Assembly (NCBI GenBank): GCA_963756745.1 | Contig: CAVWOU010000001.1 | Coordinates: 151,531 to 215,530 of the forward strand | Length of the DNA: 64,000 nucleotides | DNA from: an uncultured Thermoleophilia bacterium | GTDB taxonomy: Bacteria > Actinomycetota > Thermoleophilia > Solirubrobacterales > 70-9 | Direction of reading: 5' to 3' | Part shown: piece by piece, positions 17,603 through 25,979 of the stretch | Layout: each line of letters begins with the position of its first letter | Position numbering within the stretch: position 1 is the stretch's first letter | Notes under the pieces: generated by a model | What the model was told of the DNA's origin: nothing | Database searches by the model: none | Seen by the model: only the letters and a program-made list of their open reading frames with translations | Position numbers and translations under genes: made by a program

Positions 17603-18312
17603 GGCTCGACGAGCCGGTAACCGACGCCCCAGCAGTTGACGATGAATCGACCCGCGTCGGGGTCGAGCTTTCGCCGCAGGCGGCTCGCGTGCGAGTCGAG
17701 CGTCCGGGTCCGGCCCAGAGAGCGGAACCCCCATACGTCGCGAAGTAGCTCCTCCTTGGAGAACACGCGGGTCGGCTCGGCCGCGAGCGCCCGCAGCAGC
17801 GCGAACTCCTTGTTGGCGAGCTCGACCCGCCGCCCGCCGACCCTGACCTCGCGCGTCGAGGGGTCGAGGAACAGCTCGCCGATCCTGCGCGGGCCCTCGC
17901 GCCGCTGGGCGCGGCGGCGCAGCACCGCGCGAAGGCGGGCGACGAGCTCCTCATAGTGAAACGGCTTCACGACGTAGTCGTCGGCCCCCTCGGCGAACCC
18001 GCGCACCCGGTCGGCCGGCGAGCCGCGGCCGCTCACGACGACCACCGGGAGGCTCGGGTCGAAGCGGCCGTTGGACCCGTCGGTGGCGCGGATCTCGCGC
18101 AGCACGTCGAGGCCCGACGCGTCCGGCAGGATCAGGTCGAGCAGCAGCAGGTCGGGCTGTTTGTAATGGCACAGCCGCAGCGCGTCCGACGCGCTCGGAG
18201 CCGCGAGGGCGCGGTAGCGGTCCGCCGTCAGGTGGTCGCAGAGCAGCTCGAGGGTGGCCTCGTCGTCCTCGCACACGACCACCGTCGCGAGCTCGTCGAC
18301 CTCGGGAAGCAT
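17599..18312 (-). CDS. OmpR/PhoB-family response regulator
   Basis: Receiver VVVCEDDEATLELL...PDLLLLDLILPDASG. Winged-helix LANKEFALLRALA...VGYRL. Start MLPEV at 18312. Confidence 0.9.
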   Translation of the reverse strand: MLPEVDELATVVVCEDDEATLELLCDHLTADRYRALAAPSASDALRLCHYKQPDLLLLDLILPDASGLDVLREIRATDGSNGRFDPSLPVVVVSGRGSPADRVRGFAEGADDYVVKPFHYEELVARLRAVLRRRAQRREGPRRIGELFLDPSTREVRVGGRRVELANKEFALLRALAAEPTRVFSKEELLRDVWGFRSLGRTRTLDSHASRLRRKLDPDAGRFIVNCWGVGYRLVEP

Positions 18313-18457
18313 GCCTCGGTAAGGGCGCCGCGAAGGAAGTTCTCCCCCGCTGCCGCTGGGCATCCGTCGGTTTCCGGGGATATCTTGAGCCGGTGTCGAG
18401 GGACGACGTAGGGGTAGTGCGGGAGGTGCACTGCAAAGAAACGAAAGGAAAGAGCAG

Positions 18458-18775
18458 ATGGAAGCAACGACGAGCGTTGTCAGCAAGGGCCTGCTGGTCC
18501 GGATCGAGGCCAAGGAGGGTCGGGAGGACGAGGTCCGCTCGTTTCTCCAAAGCGGCCAGGCGCTGGTCGAGGAGGAGCCGGAGACGACCGCATGGTTCGC
18601 GATCCAACTCGGTTCATCGAGCTTCGGCATCTTCGACGTCTTCCCGGATGAGGCTGGGCGCGAGGCGCACCTCTCGGGACAGGTGGCGCAAGCGCTGGCC
18701 GATAACACGGGTGAGCTCTTCGACGAGCCGAGTATCGAGCGGGTCGACGTGATCGCGACCAAGCTCCCCAGCTAG
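18458..18775 (+). CDS. ABM-domain (antibiotic biosynthesis monooxygenase-like) protein
   Basis: 105 aa with a dimeric alpha/beta-barrel-type pattern: LLVRIEAKEGREDEVRSFL...WFAIQLG...FGIFDVFPDEAGREAH. Confidence 0.65.
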   Translation: MEATTSVVSKGLLVRIEAKEGREDEVRSFLQSGQALVEEEPETTAWFAIQLGSSSFGIFDVFPDEAGREAHLSGQVAQALADNTGELFDEPSIERVDVIATKLPS

Positions 18776-19102
18776 CTAGACGGGGAGCTCGAGCACGGAC
18801 GACGCGCGGCGTTCGGTCACCACGCGCCGTGGCCCGACCGCCGCACGACGTGAGATCACCGCGCCGTCGCGGTCGAGGAACACGACGTCGATCGGGAACC
18901 TCATCCCGAACGTGTGGATGCTGCGGCAGCGCGGGATCAGCAGGCCCGGGCCGGCCCGGTCGCGGTCGATCAGCGCGAGGCCGAGCAGGCGGGCGATTGG
19001 CCGATCGGCGATCGGCACTCCCCGGCCGGCGACCACCGTCGAGCACAGTCCACGAAGCCGCCGCGGCGGATCGGGAGGCGCGACTGCATCGTCGGAACCC
19101 AC
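18776..19102 (-). CDS. DUF192-family protein
   Basis: CRSIHTFGMRFPIDVVFLDRDGAV matches the DUF192 signature as I remember it. Confidence 0.7.
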   Translation of the reverse strand: MGSDDAVAPPDPPRRLRGLCSTVVAGRGVPIADRPIARLLGLALIDRDRAGPGLLIPRCRSIHTFGMRFPIDVVFLDRDGAVISRRAAVGPRRVVTERRASSVLELPV

Positions 19103-19260
19103 GCCTTCGGTAAGCCGCGGCGAGCGCGCCGCGCCCCTGCAAGCCGGCGTTCAGCGCACCGAAGGGAACAGCGCGCCACAGGCGCATACATAGAATCGGC
19201 GAACCGTGATGGGTTCCCGCGCGAAGCCGCGGGAGGGATGGAAACCACCTCACCTCGGAC

Positions 19261-19734
19261 GTGGAGCGAAGGAACACAACCCGCAGAGGCAATTACGAGT
19301 CGGGCTCGGATTACGTCCTCGAGTACGGCGAGCTTCGATTCTCGTTCAACGAACGCGACTTCGCCGAGCGGGTGGAGCAGGCCGCCGTGAAGCTCGACTT
19401 CGTCGAGCCGGGCCTCGAGCCGGACGAGCTGCTCGACCTCGTCGAGCTCGCCGTCAGCGGGGAGATTCCAGAGTCGGCCTCGCCCCTGGGCGAGCACGTG
19501 AACGAGAACTGGGCGCGGCTGGTCGGCCCGTCGAACCACAGCCTCGTTCACTGGATCCGCAGGCTCGTGTTCCGTGGCGCATGGCTCGACCAGCGCGTCA
19601 AGGAGGGCGAGCTCGACGTCGTCTTCGACGAGGAGACCCACGCCTTCGGCTACGTGCAGCTCGAGCGCGACGCCGAGCCGATCGAGCTCTCTCGCGAGCC
19701 CTCGTGGGCGGGCGTCGCCTACCACCCCTCGTAA
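19261..19734 (+). CDS. Hypothetical acidic protein
   Basis: 157-aa ORF with coding-like composition and no recognisable motif. Followed by a strong hairpin. Confidence 0.45.
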   Translation: MERRNTTRRGNYESGSDYVLEYGELRFSFNERDFAERVEQAAVKLDFVEPGLEPDELLDLVELAVSGEIPESASPLGEHVNENWARLVGPSNHSLVHWIRRLVFRGAWLDQRVKEGELDVVFDEETHAFGYVQLERDAEPIELSREPSWAGVAYHPS

Positions 19735-19744
19735 CTAGGCCAAC

Positions 19745-19770
19745 CGCCCGATGTGCTTGCACATCGGGCG
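19745..19770. terminator. Bidirectional hairpin between convergent genes
   Basis: cgcccgatgtgc-tt-gcacatcgggcg, perfect 12-bp arms flanked by AACTAG/CTAGTT, between stops at 19734 (+) and 19772 (-). Confidence 0.7.
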
Positions 19771-19771
19771 T

Positions 19772-21085
19772 CTAGTTGAGCAGCTCGGCGTTGGTCCGCG
19801 TCGCCTCGAGGCGCTCGCGAATCGCCGCGACCGCGTCCGCCGGCTCCATGCCGGCGAGCTCGGCGCGCAGCCTGCGAACGGCTTCGAGCTCGTCGGGCTC
19901 GCGCAGGTCCTCCTCGCCCGATGCGCGTAGCTCAGCCGGGCGAATCGCCGGGTAGACCCCGGCCGCCGCGAGCTCCGGGTCGAGCCGGATCAGCGCGTTC
20001 TCCGTCGTCTCGACCGCCGCCAGCGCTGCGCCCTCGTCCGCGACCCCCTCGAGCGCTGTCGCGATCACAGTCAGCGAGCCCGCGTCCTCCTCGGCAAGCT
20101 CGCGCCCGGCGCCGAACAGCTGCTTGACGTCCCCGGCGTCGCGCTGCGCGACGGCGAGCCGGGACAGCGAGTCGACGATCAGCACCACGTCCTCGCCGGC
20201 CTCGGCGCGGCGCTTCGATCGCTCGAGCGCGAGGGTGGCGACCCGCACCTGCTCGCGGGAGCTCATCTCCGCTGTCGCGACGGCGAGCTCGTCGTCGGGC
20301 AGCAGCTCGGCCCACGCCGTCGCTTCCTCCGGTCGCTCGTCGACCAGGAGGACGACCAGCGCCGGCCGCTCCTCGGTGCGCTGGATCGCCCCGGCGAGGC
20401 CGCGGAGCAGCGTCGTTCGTCCCGAGCGCGGCGCCGCCCGCACGAGCACGCGCTGTCCGAGAGCCAGCGGCACGAGCAGATCGACCGCGCGGGTGAGAAT
20501 GTCGGCCGAATCGGGGTCGAGCGGGAGGCGACGGCGCGGGGGCACCGCCGTGAGGTCCTCGAGCCGGGGCCGCTCGGCTCCCTCCTCCGGCTCGGCGCCG
20601 TTGACGAGGTCGACGTGCACCAGGGCCGGGTAGCGCTCGCCGCGCTCGGGGGGCCGCGCGGGGCCGCTCACCAGGTCGCCGATCCGCAGCTCGCAACGGC
20701 GGATCTGCGACGCCGAGATGTACACGTCCCCGGGCGTCGCCTCGAGGCCCCGCAGGCGGAGGAAGCCGTATCCCCGGAAGGTGCGATCGAGCACCCCCGA
20801 CACCTGCTCGGTCTCGGGCTCGCGCCGGCGTTCTTCCTGCTCGGACTCGACGTCATCGGCCGGCTCCGCTTCGTCCGCTGGCTCTTCATCGGCCGGGGGA
20901 GCCTCCTCGGCAGGGGGCTCCTCCTCGGGGGCCTCCTCTTCCGTCTCGGGCAGCTCGCCGGCGCGCGCGGCGATCTCATCGATCAGCTCGTCGCGGCGCA
21001 GCATCCGATACCCGGGCACCCCGAGCCGAGCCGCCTCGGCGTGCAGCTCAGACAGGTGCTTGTCCGCGAGGTCGCCGGTGGCCAT
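19772..21085 (-). CDS. rho: Transcription termination factor Rho homolog, divergent in the ATPase core
   Basis: Rho_N (LSELHAEAARLGVPGYRMLRRDELI). CSD-like YGFLRL...VYISASQIRRCELRIGDLVSG. VLLVDERPEE, LIVDSLSRLA, GSLTVIATAL. The P-loop reads AAPRSGRTT. Confidence 0.85.
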   Translation of the reverse strand: MATGDLADKHLSELHAEAARLGVPGYRMLRRDELIDEIAARAGELPETEEEAPEEEPPAEEAPPADEEPADEAEPADDVESEQEERRREPETEQVSGVLDRTFRGYGFLRLRGLEATPGDVYISASQIRRCELRIGDLVSGPARPPERGERYPALVHVDLVNGAEPEEGAERPRLEDLTAVPPRRRLPLDPDSADILTRAVDLLVPLALGQRVLVRAAPRSGRTTLLRGLAGAIQRTEERPALVVLLVDERPEEATAWAELLPDDELAVATAEMSSREQVRVATLALERSKRRAEAGEDVVLIVDSLSRLAVAQRDAGDVKQLFGAGRELAEEDAGSLTVIATALEGVADEGAALAAVETTENALIRLDPELAAAGVYPAIRPAELRASGEEDLREPDELEAVRRLRAELAGMEPADAVAAIRERLEATRTNAELLN

Positions 21086-21118
21086 CGCGAGGCGCGCAGC
21101 ATATCCGCGCCCTCGCGG

Positions 21119-21217
21119 TCATCGAACCAACCGGAAGAACGAACGAACCTCGTCGACGAACAGTCCCGGTTGCTCGAAGGCGGCGAAGTGGCCGGCGAGC
21201 ACGGCTGTCCGGGTTAC
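21119..21217 (-). pseudogene. C-terminal remnant (about 32 codons) of an alpha/beta-hydrolase
   Basis: Directly after, and in frame with, the tal stop: VTRTAVLAGHFAAFEQPGLFVDEVRSFFRLVR*. This is the typical catalytic-His tail (GH...E.P..f...v..F) with no body upstream. Confidence 0.5.
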
Positions 21218-21916
21218 CTAGGAGCCGGTCGCCTGCAGCCGCTTCTCAGTCAGCTCGCGCAGCCATTGCCCGAACTCGGGGCGCGACTCCCAGTCCTTGC
21301 GGAACCGCTCGGCGCCCGCGTCGGTGAGCGGGTGGTTGAGCATCTGGCGCAGCACCTTGGCCGGCAGGGTCGCGATCTCGCATCCGAGCTTGGCGGCAAT
21401 CACCGTGTGCTCGGGATGGCGGATCGACGCGGCGATCACCTGCGAGGTCACGCCGCCCGCACGGAATGCCTCGACGATCTCGCCGACGACGGCGGTCGAG
21501 TCGACCGAGATGTCGTCGAGCCGGCCCATGAAGCAAGACACGTAGGTCGCGCCAGCGCCGGCGGCGAGCAGCGCCTGGTTGGCAGAGAAGACGAGGGTCA
21601 TGTTCACTGGGATCCCGTCGCTCGTCAGCACGTGCGCCGCCTCGAGGCCCTCCTTGCAGAACGGAACCTTGACGACGACGTGCTCGTGGAGCTCGCGGAG
21701 CGCGCGGCCCTCGTCGATCATCCCCTGCGGATCCTGGGAGACGACCTCGGCCGAGACGGGCCCACCGACCAGGTCGCAGATCCGGCGCACGATGTCGCCC
21801 GGGTCGCCATCCTCCTTGGCGAGCAGCGACGGGTTCGTGGTCGCGCCGGCGAGCACGCCCCAGGCCGCGATCTCCTCGACCTCGGCGACGCTCCCGGTGT
21901 CGATGAACAGCCTCAC
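21218..21916 (-). CDS. tal: Short-type transaldolase / fructose-6-phosphate aldolase family
   Basis: VRLFIDTGSVAEVEE, GATTNPSL, VVKVP, YVSCFMGRLDD. Start set to GTG 21916. Confidence 0.9.
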   Translation of the reverse strand: MRLFIDTGSVAEVEEIAAWGVLAGATTNPSLLAKEDGDPGDIVRRICDLVGGPVSAEVVSQDPQGMIDEGRALRELHEHVVVKVPFCKEGLEAAHVLTSDGIPVNMTLVFSANQALLAAGAGATYVSCFMGRLDDISVDSTAVVGEIVEAFRAGGVTSQVIAASIRHPEHTVIAAKLGCEIATLPAKVLRQMLNHPLTDAGAERFRKDWESRPEFGQWLRELTEKRLQATGS

Positions 21917-21929
21917 TGGCTGGACTAGC

Positions 21930-22502
21930 TTACGCCCTTCCGCCGACGTTGAGGGGCTTGTGGTAGATGACGAAATCGCACGGGGTCGCCAGCAGCGGTG
22001 CGAGATGCGGGTAGGACCCTTCGATGCCGCCGGTCCGCACCGGCCGGTAGCCGATGCGCGTGTACCACGCGTGCAGGAACTCCTTGGTGGGATGCGACCA
22101 CTCGCGAGGGACGAGCAGCTCGAGTTGCATGATCGCCAGCCCGCGCTCTCGCGACAGCTCTTCGGCGAAGCGGACCAGCTCACGGCCGACGCCCTCGCCG
22201 CGACGAGCCGGGTCGGCGACGAGCATTCCGAACTCGCCGACGTCGTCATCGAGCTGCTGGATCCGGACGCTGCCCATGATCTGCCCGTCGACCCGCGCCA
22301 GCGCGATCTCATCCGCGGCGATCATCTCGGCCACTTCGGGGGTCGTCGTACGGGCGGCGCCCTCGACCCAGAGCCCCGACTCGGCGGTGGCGTAGACGCG
22401 GTTGATCAGGTCTGTGATCTCGCCGACGACGCGTTCGTCCTCCGCCATGGTCGCCGGCGCAACCTCGACCTCCAGCTTCGACGGAGCTTCAGGGGACGGC
22501 AT
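21930..22502 (-). CDS. GNAT-family N-acetyltransferase
   Basis: FGMLVADPARRGEGVGRELVRFAEE (acetyl-CoA R/Q-x-x-G-x-G/A motif). An alternative start at ATG 22448 would remove the overlap with glpD. Confidence 0.8.
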   Translation of the reverse strand: MPSPEAPSKLEVEVAPATMAEDERVVGEITDLINRVYATAESGLWVEGAARTTTPEVAEMIAADEIALARVDGQIMGSVRIQQLDDDVGEFGMLVADPARRGEGVGRELVRFAEELSRERGLAIMQLELLVPREWSHPTKEFLHAWYTRIGYRPVRTGGIEGSYPHLAPLLATPCDFVIYHKPLNVGGRA

Positions 22503-24183
22503 CGGGATCCGCCGGATCGATCGCCTCGGCTCGGGCCGCCTCGACCCACGCCTCGGACTCGCGCTTCGCGCGTCTGCCCCGCCAGCCGAGCTCGTGGCCC
22601 ATCGCCTCGGCGACCGCCCTCACGGAATCGGCGCCGCGAAGCTCGGGCGCCGCGAGGATGCCGAGCCGGGTGCGCCGCAGCAGTACGTCCTCGACCGAGC
22701 GCGCTTGCTCGCGGCGGGCCGCTATCACCGCTTCCGCGAGCAGGTCGGGGCGCCCGGGAGCGATTGGTCGCGCGAGCTCACGTCGCTCCGCGGCGAGCTC
22801 AAGCACGGCGCGCGCGGCGTGCCCGTAGCGAAACGCGAGCTGCTCGAGCGCGCCGTCCGGAAGCCCGTCCTCCTCGAGACCCTCGGGAACTGCCAGGTCC
22901 TCGGCCCGCGCCGGCATCCCGAGCGGGATCTCCGCCGTGCGGCACGGGGCGACGCGCTCCTCGCGCTCGACCATGCGGTCGACGACCTGCATCGCCATCC
23001 GCCGCCAGGTCGTCAGCTTGCCGCCGGTGATCGTGAGCATCCCCGACGAGGTCTCATACAGTTCCGCTTTGCGCGAGATGTCGACCGACTTGCGCGGATC
23101 GCCGGTCGCGATCAGCGGGCGAACGCCGGCATACGCGCCGGTGAGGTCGGCCGGCGTGAGATCGAGCGCGAAGAAGGAGTTGATCGCGCCGAGGAGGTAC
23201 TCGATGTCGTCCTGGCCCGGGCGCGGGCGGTCGATGTCGCCGTCATAGTCGTTGTCGGTCGTCCCGATCAGCGCGCGCCCGTACCACGGGAGCGCGAAAA
23301 TCGTCCGCTCCTCGCCCGCGGGGACGATGCACGCCGCCTCCTCGAGCGGCAGCCGGTCGAAGGTCACGGTCACGTGCGTCCCGCGGCTGGGGCTGATCCT
23401 GGGGACGTCCTCCTCGGCCTCGATCTCCTCGGGGCGGATCCGGTCGGCCCACACCCCGGTGGCGTTGACGACGTTGTCCGCCGCGACCTCGAAGCGCTCC
23501 CCGGACTCGGCCTCGACGAACGCGACCCCGGCCGCCCTGCCGTCGTCCTCGAGGACCTCGGTGACCTCGGCGCCGTTCAAGCACACGGCGCCGAACCGCT
23601 CCGCCTCGCCGAGGATCGTCAGCACGAGCCGGACGTCGTCGGTCTGGCAGTCGTAGAACAGGTACGCGGAGCTCGGCTCGAGGTCAGCGAGCGCCGGGAT
23701 CAGCTCCGCTACCTCCTCGCCGGGTATCTGGCGGTGGCGATCGGGCGCCCAGTAGTCGTCGGCCTCGCGGTGCGCGGCGCGCGCGCGGCGGCCGCGCCCG
23801 ACGCGCGTAGTCGCCATCACGTCATACATGTTCAGGCCCACGCTGTAGCGGCGGTTGCGGCGATCCTCGCCCAGCGTCGGGATCAGGAACGGGGTCGGGT
23901 AGACGAGGTGCGGCGCGAGCTGGACGAGGAGCTGGCGCTCGAGCAGCGCCTCGCGGACCAGGCCGAGGTCGAAGTTCTGCAGGTAGCGCAGCCCGCCGTG
24001 GACCATCTTCGAGGAGCGACTGGAGGTTCCGACGGCGTAGTCGTCGCGCTCGAGCAGCGCGACCGAGTATCCGCGTGAGGCCGCGTCGAGCGCGACCCCG
24101 GCGCCGGTGATCCCGCCGCCGATCACGACGACGTCGAAGCGCTCGCCGCGGATCGCCTCGAGTGCGTCCCTGCGACTGATCAC
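22489..24183 (-). CDS. glpD: FAD-dependent glycerol-3-phosphate dehydrogenase
   Basis: DVVVIGGGITGAGVALDAASRG, GTSSRSSKMVHGGLRYL. 564 aa. Confidence 0.9.
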   Translation of the reverse strand: MISRRDALEAIRGERFDVVVIGGGITGAGVALDAASRGYSVALLERDDYAVGTSSRSSKMVHGGLRYLQNFDLGLVREALLERQLLVQLAPHLVYPTPFLIPTLGEDRRNRRYSVGLNMYDVMATTRVGRGRRARAAHREADDYWAPDRHRQIPGEEVAELIPALADLEPSSAYLFYDCQTDDVRLVLTILGEAERFGAVCLNGAEVTEVLEDDGRAAGVAFVEAESGERFEVAADNVVNATGVWADRIRPEEIEAEEDVPRISPSRGTHVTVTFDRLPLEEAACIVPAGEERTIFALPWYGRALIGTTDNDYDGDIDRPRPGQDDIEYLLGAINSFFALDLTPADLTGAYAGVRPLIATGDPRKSVDISRKAELYETSSGMLTITGGKLTTWRRMAMQVVDRMVEREERVAPCRTAEIPLGMPARAEDLAVPEGLEEDGLPDGALEQLAFRYGHAARAVLELAAERRELARPIAPGRPDLLAEAVIAARREQARSVEDVLLRRTRLGILAAPELRGADSVRAVAEAMGHELGWRGRRAKRESEAWVEAARAEAIDPADPDAVP

Positions 24184-24347
24184 AAGATGACTGATGCCAT
24201 GGCCGCGTGCGCCTGGGGGCGCGCACGGCCGAGCAGATCGAGGACGCAGGGCGCGAGGTGTGCTTTCAGCACACGAGCGCCCGAGGACGAAGAGGTGCGA
24301 TGGCCGTGCGCGTCATCCAGGTGTGCGCGGATCGTGGGATCAGTCAT
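24180..24347 (-). CDS. Candidate 55-aa protein wedged between the nitroreductase gene and glpD
   Basis: Below the ORF-track cutoff. MTDPTIRAHLDDAHGHRTSSSSGARVLKAHLAPCVLDLLGRARPQAHAAMASVIL. The ATG begins 1 nt after the upstream TAG, and the TGA overlaps the glpD GTG (GTGA). Confidence 0.4.
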   Translation of the reverse strand: MTDPTIRAHLDDAHGHRTSSSSGARVLKAHLAPCVLDLLGRARPQAHAAMASVIL

Positions 24348-24857
24348 CTAGTCGAGGAAGGTGACGACCTGCTCGGCGGGGGCGCGCTCCGGCTCGCGCT
24401 GCTCCTGCACCGGCCGCCCGACGTGAATCAGGCTCACGAAGCGCTCGTCGTCGTGGAGGCCGACTGCCTTGCGCCCCTCGTCGGTGCGGAGCACATCCGG
24501 CGTCCGCCAGTACCCCGCCAGCCCGCGCGCGTGTGCGGCGAGCAGAACGATGTACGCGGCGACCGCCGTCGCGTGGAGGTCCTCCTCATCTTGAATTGGA
24601 TCCCCGGTCAGCTTGCACGAGCACACGACAAGCGTCGGGGCGCGGTCGAGCTTCGACGCCGACTCGGGCCCCGCCGCGCGCTTCAGCCGCTCACGGGCCT
24701 CGGGCCCGACCACCCGAAACCGCCATGGATTCGTGAGGTGGTGGTTCGGCGCCCACCGCGCGAGCTCGAGCAGCTCCTCGAGCATCTCGCGCGGCACCGG
24801 CTCGGGTTTATAGGCCTTGTGAGTGCGCCGCGTCCGAATCGCCGTGTCGATGTCCAT
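24348..24857 (-). CDS. Nitroreductase-family protein
   Basis: MDIDTAIRTRRTHKAYKPEPVPREMLEELLELARWAPNHHLTNPWRF. Only the last 169 codons of ORF 24348..25835 are used. Confidence 0.85.
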   Translation of the reverse strand: MDIDTAIRTRRTHKAYKPEPVPREMLEELLELARWAPNHHLTNPWRFRVVGPEARERLKRAAGPESASKLDRAPTLVVCSCKLTGDPIQDEEDLHATAVAAYIVLLAAHARGLAGYWRTPDVLRTDEGRKAVGLHDDERFVSLIHVGRPVQEQREPERAPAEQVVTFLD

Positions 24858-24911
24858 CGCGCGAAACGATAGTGAGGGGCCATCTTCCCACCACCGATAC
24901 GCTCCTCGCAG

Positions 24912-25961
24912 GTGCGAGTAAGCCTCCAACTGATTCCCGAGCAGCCGGTGGAGCAGCTCGCCGATGCAGCGGCGCTCGCCGACGAGCTCGGCTATTACGC
25001 GTGCTACAGCGCCGATGAGATCTACCACAAGGACGCATGGGTGCTGCTCGGCGGATTGGCTGCTCGGACGGAGCGGGTCCGGCTCGGGGTCTGCGTCAGC
25101 TCGATCTACATGCGCGAGCCCACGCACGTCGCTCAGCTCGCGGCGACGCTGGATGAAATGAGCGGGGGTCGCGCCGAGGTCGTGTTCGGCATCGGCAACA
25201 TCGCGATGCTCAAGCAGTACGGAGTGGAGTGGCGAGGCACCCGACCGATCGCACGCCTGCGGGAAGCCCACCGCGTGATGCGTGCTCTGCTCGACGAGGG
25301 CTCGATCGACTTCGCCGGCGATTTCTACTCCTACAAAGGCGTGACCACGGCGAGCCGACCGACCCAGGAGCACCTGCCGCTGAAGATCGGAGCGATGGGA
25401 GGCCCGAAGTCGATGGAGCTGGCCGGCGAGATCAGCGACGGCATGCATACGGCCGTCGCCTACTCGACCGAGGCGCTCGAGTACGCGGTCGGGTGCTTTC
25501 GAGCGGGTGCCGAGCGGGCCGGGCGGGACGCCGCGTCCCTCGACATCGGCGACTCGCTGCTCGGAGCAATAGCACCCGACGGTGATGTTGCGCGGCGCGC
25601 CGGTCGGATCCTGGCTTCCTTCTACATCCCCTCCATGCCACCGGCGCTGCTGCAGCGACAAGGAATCGCGCTCGACGAGGTCGCCCCGGTGACCGCGGCG
25701 TTCGATCGCGGCGACGTCCGGGGGGCGCTCGAGGCGACACCCGACGCCTTGGCCGAACGCATCATGCTCGCCGGCACGCCCGACGACTGGGTGCGGTGGC
25801 TTACGGAGAGCTACGCACCGGCTGGGCTGAACCACGCACTGCTCTCGTTCACCGATCCCTTCACCCTCGAGTCCTGGGCGGGCCGAGAGGTCGCTGGCCT
25901 ACCAAATCTGATCGAGCAGGTGCGTCTGGTGGGCGAGGAGGTTCTGCCGAAGCTCGACTGA
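24912..25961 (+). CDS. Luciferase-like (LLM-class, probably F420- or flavin-dependent) oxidoreductase
   Basis: 349 aa. LADELGYYACYSADEIYHKD...LDEMSGGRAEVVFGIGN is a typical LLM pattern. Confidence 0.8.
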   Translation: MRVSLQLIPEQPVEQLADAAALADELGYYACYSADEIYHKDAWVLLGGLAARTERVRLGVCVSSIYMREPTHVAQLAATLDEMSGGRAEVVFGIGNIAMLKQYGVEWRGTRPIARLREAHRVMRALLDEGSIDFAGDFYSYKGVTTASRPTQEHLPLKIGAMGGPKSMELAGEISDGMHTAVAYSTEALEYAVGCFRAGAERAGRDAASLDIGDSLLGAIAPDGDVARRAGRILASFYIPSMPPALLQRQGIALDEVAPVTAAFDRGDVRGALEATPDALAERIMLAGTPDDWVRWLTESYAPAGLNHALLSFTDPFTLESWAGREVAGLPNLIEQVRLVGEEVLPKLD

Positions 25962-25979
25962 CGCCCACGAGGCGCGGGT

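Noticed and set aside
19103-19260. Possible riboswitch or leader upstream of the hypothetical gene (TAGAAT -10-like box, CCCGCG-cgaagc-CGCGGG hairpin)
   Set aside because: It does not resemble any riboswitch consensus I can recall (ZTP, SAM, c-di-GMP, preQ1, guanidine). A single short hairpin is not enough.
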